Positions 53,101-64,000 of a stretch of DNA of 64,000 bases are shown here, piece after piece. The DNA is from Trichinella spiralis (Eukaryota): assembly GCF_000181795.1 (NCBI RefSeq), contig NW_003526943.1, positions 11,956,007-12,020,006 of the forward strand. Direction: 5' to 3'. The notes under the pieces were generated by a model. That model saw nothing but the letters and a program-made list of their open reading frames with translations, ran no database searches and had not been told where the DNA came from. How positions within the stretch are numbered: the stretch's first letter is position 1; each line of letters opens with the position of its first letter. The position numbers and the translations under genes were made by a program.

Positions 53101-55521
53101 CAAAATAATGGCTGCATGCAGAGAGCATCCAATCTTGCGAGATGAAGTGTACTGTCAAGTGATCAAGCAGATCACAAACAATAAAAGCTCCAAACCGTGA
53201 GTTGAACACTTTAATAATAATAAGAATTATGAAAAAGTGAAAAAAAAAGTTAATTTAGTGATAGCGCATTGATGGGATGGAGAATGCTTTCCATTTTGAC
53301 TGCTTATTTCGATTCGTCGGATGTTTTTCGGCCCTATTTGCAGAAATATTTGAGTGATTCAGCTAGCGACAATAGAAGAGCTTATCACGGTAGCTTTTGA
53401 AAGTTTGAAAGATATTTTTCTTTGCACAATTTGCACACAATTCAGGCACTGCGATGGAATGTTTCCAAAATTTTCGACAAACTTTACAATTCGGTGGTCG
53501 CCGATTCATTCTTAGTCCCCAAGAATTGGAATCAATATCGGTAAGTTCAATTTTTCAGTTTTGGTTATTTATGCAATTTAATACTTTTTATTTGTCATTT
53601 TTAAATTCAAAAATAATTAATTTATTCATTTTATAGTTTTTCATTATTTATTTTATTATAAAAGACAGTTTCAATTGTTAAGAAGAAATTTTATAACTGA
53701 AACTTTTGTGCAAATCCAAAATCGACATAATAGCATATAATTTAATAGAATTCTTTTGTTGAAAGTCGACCAAATTTTAATTCACTATTTATAACAACAA
53801 TATAGAATAATAGCAAAAAATTATAATAATAATAAAATGAGATTGAAATTATGAAGCATAATACAAAATTGTGCTGGTGTCAGCTATTTTTGAAACTGTT
53901 GAGGGATATTTTTACTGGAAAATTTAAGAATTGTATTTGTTGTAAGTAAATTTGAGATTTAATTAATTAACTAATCCATTTATACTCCTCAGTAATTTGC
54001 ATGAATTTATTTTCGTAATCAATTTTCAGCAAGGAAAAAATTTGAAAAGACAAGTTTACCATTTGCCAGGAGGCACGAAGAAAGTGATCAACACGAAATC
54101 TGTAACTGTTGTCGAAGAGATCATCAAAGAGTTGTGCATTGATTTGAATGTCAGAAGTTCTCTTGAGCAACAAGAATTCAGTCTTTGTGTTGTAATCGAA
54201 TCAGGTCTTTCAATGAATAATTAATAATATCTCTTTACAAAGAATAATAATTAAAAATTTTTTTTTTCAAATTGCTATAGACAACGTCATGAGAATACTT
54301 TCTAATGATGAATACATTTTGGATATCACCAGTGAACTTGAAGAAATGAAAAGAGAATATTTTCTGCTTCTCAAAAGAATCGTTTGGATGCATCCATTAA
54401 GGAAAGATAGTGAACTTTACACGGATATCATGTTTTTCCAAGTAGAATTTTATTTTATTTTATTTTTTCAAATATAATCATCAAACTAAACTGACTGAGA
54501 TCAATCAATTAACAATTTTACAAAGTATAGGTTCTGCCTGATTATATAGAAGGGCTTTTGGTAGTAATGAGAGGACCAGATTCTGTTAGCGCAGCAACAA
54601 TGGTAAGTTAGATTGGTAATTTTTTTTTCATTAACAAACTGAAGCTCATTAGCTTCACTTTCAGGATGACATAGCTACTTTGGGTGCTTTGCTGGCATGT
54701 GCAGATGATGACTGGGATGGTCAGATGGTGACCACTCGGGATATTGTCCATCTTTTACCAAAAACTGTTCACAACATTCGTCATGTCACTTTGGAATTGT
54801 GGACAGATCGGATAAATCAAAAACTTCGTCAACTTTCTTCCAAAACTTTACCAATTGTTGCACGAGCGAAATTTTTGGGTATTCAATTGCCTACTTTATG
54901 TGCTTTTTGGTTTTGCTATTTTCTTCGATTGTAGACTTGTTGCAAACGTGGCCTTTGTTCGGTTCCACATTTTTTTACATTCCAGTAAGATTTTGTACAA
55001 TTTAAAATTTTTGAATTACAATTGCAATTACAATTACAATGAACATTTTGTTGTTCTCATTTCAGAGTGTGTCTGATCCTAGAGCAAAAGGTGAATGCCT
55101 TATGGCGTTGAATCGTCATGGAGTGCAGTTTCTAGATATACACACTCATGTAATTAATACAAGCAAATTAACTGCTTTGTTGAAAATATTCCACGACAAT
55201 GTTCATTCATATTTAGGAAGTGTTGTTCGAATTTCGGTTGAATGAAATTTTGTCGACGCAAAAATCTTACCCCGATGGTACAGCGTCCATGAATCAGCAA
55301 TCCGCAGTTGAACATATGGACATAAAAATTGGTAATATGCTACAACAACACGTTCTGACTCTTCGAACTGATCAGGTATTTATTATATTTTTTTTCTATG
55401 TTGTATCTTATTATTATTGTCACTATTTGTCCAGGGTGCTGAAATTAGCAGATTGTTTGGTCAGTACATATACGTGGATAGTCAAAGCAGAGGACTTCTT
55501 GGTATCGAAGGAAAGCATTGA
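38169..55521 (+). CDS. Unconventional MyTH4-FERM myosin (myosin XV-like): motor, IQ, MyTH4, FERM-like, SH3, MyTH4, FERM
   Basis: TYIGEMLISINPY, GITGSGKT, LLEKTR..GERNFHIFY, LSAILHLGNI, DLYGFE, NFFEQLCINYINE, LLDDECSFPKG, FVRCINPN, IGKTKVFMK, IQKYCRG, LRDEIYAQ, SH3 (ATADY..LSFRKGDII..GWLYG), LRDEVYCQVIKQ, WPLFGSTFF; stop TGA 55519-55521. Many short GT-AG introns. Confidence 0.93.
40270..40341 (+). tRNA. tRNA-iMet-CAT: Initiator tRNA-Met (CAT)
   Basis: AGCAGAGTGGCGCAGAGGAAGCGTGCTGGGCCCATAACCCAGAGGTCCGTGGATCGAAACCACGCTCTGCTA: A1:U72, GGG/CCC anticodon stem, GATCGAAA T-loop, downstream T4 terminator. Confidence 0.97.
51545..51670 (+). CDS. Putative alternative first coding exon of the myosin gene
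   Basis: ATG plus a 42-codon stop-free frame ending at a perfect GTAAGT donor, phase 0, matching the phase-0 acceptor at 51870. Confidence 0.55.
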
Positions 55522-57598
55522 GGCGAATGTCAAATGTTAAATAATTTTGCTTAATTGAATAATTCAAGTTATATATATATTTTTTTTTTCCTTTACCATC
55601 AAGCAAAAATGTACTTGCTTTCTATTCTATTCCGTTACTAGAATTTTAAATTGTTCTCAAAAAATGACCAATAGCGTGTCAAATATTGAAAACGGTGCAT
55701 AAAAAATAATTTCACGCAAAAATTGATGCCGCATGAATTTGTTTCTTTCATTCAATTAATTTTGTAAATTAGATAAATTGATAAAGTAAAAATTATTATA
55801 ATATTTTTGTAACGCAGAAGAAAAAAAGAAGGTAACCTGATTATTATTATCATTAACTAAGCGATGGAACAATCACCAGTGTAGAATTGTACCAATAAAT
55901 TGGACATTATAATAATGCCATAAATAAATAAATAAATAAATAAATAAATAGATTCGAAGAAAAATGATATATTTTTCTTTAACTTGATTAAACAGCTAAT
56001 TGAATTGAATTATACTATGAAAATAGTGAAATAAACGGACCAATTTTAAAACTTTTAGTTAAAATATTTATGCGAACATCTGTCACGTTGTCATTTCAAT
56101 AAAGATTTAATTTGAGAAAAACCGTTGAAATATATGAATTTTGAAGTGAAGAAAAAGATTGAAAAAAGCAAACATATGGAAAAAAGCAAGCAGTTATATT
56201 AATCTTTTGCGTAGACATTAAGAGAATGATGGCATGAGAATGGAATTTTAATTGTTGTTTAATAATAATTGTGTTGAAGAACATGTTGAAAATTTTTTCC
56301 AATATAAAGTGATGAATAAGAAAATAGCAGACGTCGATGCAGTCAGTCAGTGGTTGGCCATTTGTGACATTTTGATTTATATATTTATGATTATTATCAG
56401 TTTTACAAAACGATGCACGCAATGGTTGAAGAATGGTATATTTTCTTAATAGTATCTACAAATTATAATAAGGTTGTGCATTCAAAAATCCAGGTCACCC
56501 CTTGCTGCAAGCTGTCCAACCATTACGACAGAAGTGTCATTTTTACAAGCAAATATGCGGCAACATAAATGACACATCAAGTGACAATGACCCAAGCCAG
56601 ATGACGAATTCTTTTTATTGTCCATCATCATCATCATCATGATTGTTCTTATCATTGTGTGATTAATATTTTTCTTTTTATTTCTATCATCTGCAGCTAA
56701 TCTATATTCTCATCTATATATTACCTTTAACTTAAATTTGAATCAATAAACTTCGAAACAATCATCTCATTTCAATACTTGCATGCTTGATTTGCAAAGA
56801 AAGCAATCAAATAAAAATATCTCTTTGTGAAATTTTATTTATTTATTTGTTGTTGTAATTGAAATTTTAAATTCGTTCAAATTGATTTTTATCCCGAGAG
56901 TATATATAACATGGATCATAAGCTGAAATGAAATAAAATCAGGCAAACAAACCATTCCCAAATCGCCTATGACAAGCATCATGTTTATTATGATGGTTGA
57001 ATTGGTGACAATTGGTCATTAGAATGATTATTCAACTGACAGTGAAAATTGAAGATGTTCTTTTCAACAGTTTTCGTGTTTCAATGTGAGCTTAACCTTA
57101 AAATTCCCTATAGAAAAAGAAAAATATAAAAAAATTACATTTATAGAGGAATTGTAAAAATAGAAGTTGAGGAAAATAAGAAATTGTTTATTTATTTATT
57201 TATTGTTTGTTTATTTGTTCAAATTTATCATGATATATATGTATATGTCCTGTATGCCTGCTTTTTGGTACAATTTGAAATTCATTATTTTGTAATGTAA
57301 GTGATGTAGAAATGGTTGCCAATTTGCATGTAACGGCTAATGAAATTTATAAATTATTTTTAGAAATTAAAATAATTTCAACTGTCAAGTGAAAGAATTA
57401 AGCAAGTATTGTTGAGAAAATTACAATGACCAACATAAATTACATTTCAATGGAGAGCAACTAAATTAAGCAATTTGTTTAAAGAATTGCTTTTGCTTAC
57501 AGCAAACAAAACATAAAAGCAAACTATGATTTAGCAATTTCAATTGCAACTTTCAAAAATTTAAAAAGAGCTTTTTTCATTTATCTACAACTGACTTT

Positions 57599-57601
<3 letters not shown>

Positions 57602-57644
<43 letters not shown>
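57602..57644. repeat. (AT)n microsatellite
   Basis: About 21 perfect units visible. Smaller simple repeats occur at 23405-23442, 55920-55950 and 63525-63553. Confidence 0.95.
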
Positions 57645-57647
<3 letters not shown>

Positions 57648-60600
57648 AAATAAAACTGAATATAAAATATTTAGAATATAAATATCTTTGATTTTTCCGT
57701 ATATCATTTTAATCTTGGATTTCATACAAATCATTCGTACTAAAATTTATTTATTATAATTATTTTTTTCCTTTTATATTTATTGAACGAAAATGTTTTA
57801 ATATTAAAAAAAAGAAATAAAAACAATATTGAACACTTAAAAAAGTATAAAAATAATTTAAAGTAAGAAAAATGAATAAACAAATCACAATCATATTAAT
57901 ATTATCCTTGTCAACTTTTAAATGTTTAAAATAGAAGCGGACAAAAGTTTCTACTTGAAATTATAAATTAGCCTGTTTAATATTGTTTACTAACCAAGTT
58001 AACAATTTTCTGTAGACTAACTAGTTTCGATGATCAATTTCAATTGCTATGCAATAAATTTGTAGTGTCTGCATTATTACATTAATAAATATAATTATAG
58101 GTCGATAAAAATGGCAAACAAGCTGAACCAGTCAGTCATTTATGATAGCTGTGAATTTTCACCCATATGCACTGTCATAATATTCATCAAAAAAATGGAT
58201 AAAATTCATAATCAAAAAAATTACATCATTCATTCATCAGTAAAGATTGAAATGAATAAGCCACAATCAGCCGGCGGCAATAAACATTAGTATACCAATA
58301 ATTTTGCTAAACAGATGTACTGTAGTATAATTTATAGAAATACATGCATATATGTGCATATATTTTTATTTTATGATTTGCAGAGCATCATTTCAATTTT
58401 AGGGTCGTTCTGTTGATCATTTAACAAAGAGTAATGGGCTCATAAAGTTTGCAAATACGAGCAGTGGTCTTATGCAGTAAAATAAATAATGCAATTTCCG
58501 TTGACAGTGATTTTGCAAATTTTCTGCTTTAATTTAAATCATCATCATCTGCACCAGTTGGCTTTTTTATACGTTATTTATTTATTTGCAAAAAATAATT
58601 TGCTTAGTTGCATTTTTATTTTCAAACCATGCGCAAAAATTGAATTGTTACTTTTTGTTTATTTGTTTCAATAAATATTTAAATCCATTTAATATGAAGG
58701 CGGATAGTCTTTTTATTGTTCAATATTATTTATTTTTGAAAAATGAATTTTAAAAAGTGAAAAAAATTTAAAAATAAAGAGAAAGAAACTGTTGTTTCTT
58801 TGAAAAATTTCGGTGAATCATCACAGATTTTACCAGCAGTATGCATTAAATATTATATGTGATATTTTTAACACTTTTCAAACAATGCATGTTCGGTTTT
58901 AAATGTTGAAATTATTGAAAAATTTTTCAAACGTCCGTCCATTTTGCAAAAGTAGCATTATTGCTATATAGCTAGTTAATTTGTTGGAAAATATTCTTCA
59001 ATAATCGACTACAATAGTTGGCATTATTTTTGATAAAAATAATTGTTTGACCAGTTGATTTTCGATGAATCATCCAATTTATTTAAATAAAAAATTACAA
59101 TCAGAAAAAGATGCACTCTATAACTTTCGTATATCAAAATTATGTAAAGTTTGTGAACTTTTTATAATTAAGAATGTGAATTTGAAATTTTTAAATTATC
59201 GATCGATAAATAGAATAAATTTATGTTTATTATCAATGAATGATATTTAAATTATTTGCAAATCAGATGCAACAACAACAACAACTGCATTAATGAATCT
59301 AATATTAATAAATGTTATGAACAACGATGGAAAAAACAGATTGTGACAACAATGTGTGTGACAAATTGCGTAATGTGAAAACAAAAAAGCATGTTTCAAA
59401 TAAATAAATTTAAATAAAAACTTTTTTGATAAAATCTTCAACTAGTATAATGGTAGTAGAAGTTGAAAAATTGGCATTTCAAATTCAATTTCAAGGTACG
59501 TCACGCAATGAAAATTTTTGGAAGCTTGCTAGAATGGTTGAGCGTGTTGTTATCAGATGCTTTATTGAATAAATGATGAAGGTACTATTACAAAATTGAA
59601 TTCTCGATTTATTCAATTCCTGTTCTTGTATTCTTATCTAGAAAAAATAGGCTTCATTTCATAATTAATTATTTATTAATTTTATTGTTTCGAAAAATGA
59701 AATTCATTTTTATATTGTATTCATCATAATCTAATTAGCATAATAATAATATGTGATTTTGTCACGGTTGAAAAATGTTTTTTCTTGTTTTTTACTTTTT
59801 GTGTGTGCTATTTTGAAAAATGCATTTTGCAAACAAGCAAAGCGCAATAAAATTGGTGTCAAATAATTTTCCATACCGACTGGTGAAATGCATTTTCCAC
59901 TCATTCTAAATACTAGCTATAACGTTAGAACAAAAATTTCGAATCTTTTCAAATTATCCCAACAATGATGATTTTTGTTTTACAATTTATGTGTTCATTA
60001 CCATTTGCAGTTTATTTTATTAACTTAAATTTAATTTGCATTATTAATTAAAAAAATCAGTCAATCAATCAATCAATGGTGATTTTCAGCTGCTTCATAT
60101 AGTAGTGAGCGTTGTGAAGCTTGTAAAGCAACATTAGCAATAAAGATCGACTATTATCATCATCATCAGCAATTGATAAAATGTTTCAGTGTTTTGTGGT
60201 TGTATCAGTTGTTTAGGATCGTTGTGCAAATGTCAAAAAGTGAAGCTTAAATAACAAAATATCCACCATCAGCATAATAATAATAATAATAATAATAAGC
60301 AACAGCGTTTTGTAAGATGTAGTAGTGGATGAAAAAAAAGTTAATAATCATAAATAAAATTTCTCCAAATATCGATAGAGTGGATTTTCTTTTTGAATTG
60401 AAGCATTCTGTTTTTTTGCTTTTTACAATTTTCATAAAGTGAAAAATAAAGTTATCATCCAGGGTGGTCAGTTCGATAATGCAATTTGGCTTATTAAAGT
60501 AGCATAGATGTTGTGTGAATGAACAAATGAATGGTTCCCAAAAGCAATATACATCATGCCAATGGATGTTGCCAATTTTCTTTTGTGCTTACTCTGCATG

Positions 60601-63600
60601 CGTTCTTCCTTCTCACTGAAGAAAGAAAGGAAGGAAGAATATTCAGAACAACTAGCTTGGTATAGAATTGATACATTCAATTGCACATTGACCTTTGCTC
60701 AACAAACAAACAAAAAAAATACAAAAAATTGAAAACAAAAAAATTAAATAAATAAATAACCAACCAATGCCTTCAATATTAAAAATATATTAGAAAATGT
60801 ATTTAATATTTTTGTAATTTATTCTACTGTATACTGTATTGTATTGTATTGTCTTGTCTTGTACAGTATTGAGCACAATATTCATCAACAATAGTATAAT
60901 AATAGAGTATTTGTTCAATCTTTGTTTCACTTATTGCAATTCTGTTCAAACAGTCTAAATACAATTTATAGCAGCGGAGCATGATGAATCACGGACGGCT
61001 GAGAGAATAATAATTAACTTTTCATTGTATTAATTTGATTACCATGTGGAAAATGTTGAATATGCTCTTTCAGAAATGACATGTGTAAAGCTTTTATTAT
61101 AAACATCACACATTTATTACCGGACATTGATTTAAAAACAAACGATAGAATTTCAAATGATCCTTTCAAAACAACTTATTCATATTATTAGCACAGAAAT
61201 TATTTATACCTTGTAAGAAAATTGGACGATCACTGTCAATGAACAATGGACAATCCCCGTTTATATTCCAGTATACTACATGCACATGCATAGATGCACA
61301 ATACATTAAAGCAGTTTATTTCTGCACCACCCTCATGTGTCTTTGATTTCAACAAAACAAACAATTCAATATCAACAAATATCAATCTTTATATGCAGTA
61401 TATAAATTTCATTTATTATCAAAAACTAATCATATCTTTAAAAAGTAATTTTTTCTTTTCAACAATAGCAGAAGTGAAAAACAAAAAAATCAAGCAATAC
61501 TATATTATTATTATTATCTTACGGGGTGAAAGTGAATGATCAAACAATAATTTAAATGAAAAATCAGTTAAGAGCAGCTGACATGATCATTGTGAAAGAA
61601 AGAACTTTGCAGTAATGGATTATTACTGGGAAGATATTGCTGTAATAAGTTTTACATATGCCATGAAAATAAGAATAAGCCCATCGGCTAATACTAAGCA
61701 TCATCATCAATTGCATAAAATAAATAAACTCAGGATCAGTTCTTTTCTATTTTTTCTATGCTTAATCAAAGAGAAAAGTTACGACTTTTGTGAAAAATAC
61801 CAACGACCAGTTTTGTGAAAGAAGCACAGGAAATTTTTCCATTATACAAAGCAAGGCTATTTTTAAAACATTAAAAAGAAAAAAAAGTAGTTCGCTTACC
61901 TCTTTTTTTAAATAAATATTAAATTCAATTTATTTCGCAAATGTAATTCAATTTTGAAATTAAAAAAAGAATAATAATTTCACCTTATGAAATTGTGCCA
62001 AAAAAATATTGCCAATCAATCAATTCATCCAGTGAATAATTTGATCCAATAAATAATGTTGAATAAGAAATTTTTCATTCAGTCAAGAATTAATTTAAAC
62101 ATTTTAATGAAGAGTAAGTAAATATTTTTTCAAATTAATTTTATATTTTATAGGCAAGTTGTTTTATATGAATTTTTGGAGATTTAAAAAATTTAAACGA
62201 CAACAAAGAAAAGTTTCTTGGACTTTGCAATAAATAAATATGGAATAAAGTAAAAGATGGAGAAATGTAATAATTAATCAATTAATTATTTTATTAAACC
62301 ATCTTTTTTGTTTCGTTTTTCAAAAAGTAGTGTTACTTGGAAAAGCTTGAAACAACGCTTGAAAAGCTGCAAGAGCGGTGCAAAATAATAAATAGAAAAT
62401 GTTGAATGTGAAACGGATCATGACGGATCGAAGCTTAAGAGAATTAAAAAAGCCTCTTCTTTGCAAAATTTCAAAAATAGCAACCACTTTCAGCAAGTGT
62501 TGTTGTTCTAAATTGCAAATGCAAATTCTTTGCAATCATCAAAGCCAATCTGTCAGTACAATGTGTTACGCATCTCAATTTCAATATGACAATTTTGAAA
62601 CATATTTTTAATCGGACTATTTTTCCATCAAACATATTTTTATTTTTATTAATTCATTTATTTATTAACAAATAATATAACACTATTTTTAAATTTCTTT
62701 AGCCATTGAAAAGATTAATAATTATTACCACAATTACGACGACGAAATCATCCAAAATGAAAACAATCATTCATCCATCCATCCAACCATTTTTGCACAC
62801 CTCTCAAAACTTTTTGTTTACCAATTTTATTTTTAATTCAATAAATCATCCTTCGCATGAAATATAATTTTGTTTCTTTATAAAATTTTTGTTTTAAAAA
62901 AATCATCTTCATAAAAAACGACAAATTATTTTCTCAGTAAATAAAACAATAAATACAGTTGGTATATATATAATGAATTTCAATATATTTGTTCATTTTT
63001 TTTATTTTTATAAAATCTATATGTCCGCAAGTAATGTAATTTTTGAAAAATCTGTGCATGCGTGTGAACTTTTCTGCTTTGTACTTTGAAAAATAAACCA
63101 ATGAGTGCCAAATTTCAAGAATAAATTAATAAATTTAAAAAAGGTTAAAAGTTTGCAACTATTAACAACAAGAAAAATTAATAATAAACTGAAACTGAAT
63201 TTATTTTTTATAATGCTAAATAAAATCACGCTGTTATTGGTCGTTAAAACGCACAATCATCGTTTCAATTCCAGCAGGCCGGATAATTGCTTGCTGCGTA
63301 AAAATTATTTCAACGCGTTTACACACAGACATTTATTCGACCATTGATTGCAAATTTAATGTTGTGTCATTAAATTTTAGTTGTTTGCTCAGCGGAATCG
63401 CATATCTCTCGTCTGCTGCTCATAGCTTCGCTATTTACAAGCAAGCGGCTCCAAAAGATGCAAAGAATCATTTTCACAAATGTCAAATATTAGCTATATT
63501 CAAAGAAATCACTTTCTCACTCACTCTCTCTCTCTCTCTCTCTCTCTTTCTCTAATTGACAAATATACTTTTGCGTTTTCTTAAAAATTATTACATTTTT

Positions 63601-64000
63601 TTCATTTTTCTTTACACTTATTATTGTCATTTGTTAAAAAAATTAATTTTTGTTGTGTATAAATTTGTAAACAATTTTTGCAATTTTACATTATTTTTTA
63701 CAGGACAGAATTCAAATTTCACCAGTGACTATTTAAAGAAAAACGAAAAACCTCATTACATGCAATATTCATTCATTTTAATAACATCCATTATTAGAAT
63801 GCTGAATGGACATTTCAAATTGATTTACTTTATTTGCATTGTTCATAATGAGCATGCTCTTTTCACAATATTATAACATGCTTTCAAATTGTACTCCCAC
63901 TCAAAGTTGACAATCATATAAATATCAACGCTCTTTTACATGTATATGTAAAAGATGATTGGCTGCAAATTTGATCGTTTAATTGCTAATCGAAAAATGT

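Noticed and set aside
55600..64000. Short ORFs, small hairpins (e.g. GTGTCATTT/AAATGACAC near 56534-56575) and possible miRNAs
   Set aside because: ORFs are low-complexity AT-rich translations, hairpins are too short, and I recognised no conserved miRNA. Small exons cannot be excluded.
1..64000. CRISPR arrays or prokaryotic operons
   Set aside because: The sequence is eukaryotic with spliceosomal introns and has no repeat-spacer arrays.

Overview
Eukaryotic, AT-rich, intron-dense genomic DNA. The nematode cuticle collagen, ~50-70 nt introns and ancestral-type beta-catenin suggest a clade I nematode such as Trichinella (inference). The left third (1 to ~22.9 kb) is a transposon graveyard: a hAT/Buster end, six R2-type non-LTR retrotransposon pieces (one still carrying its 28S rDNA 5' junction although no rDNA is present), five piggyBac transposase pieces, two solo LTRs and an inverted LTR-like element. 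An intact 11-exon beta-catenin gene sits inside this block. The rest is nearly TE-free. It holds a secreted CAP/SCP+ShKT gene, a cuticle collagen, a minus-strand KChIP/NCS-like EF-hand gene, and a ~17 kb MyTH4-FERM (myosin XV-like) myosin with an intronic initiator tRNA-Met and a probable internal first exon. The last ~8.5 kb has no feature I can support. Exon boundaries were read by eye.
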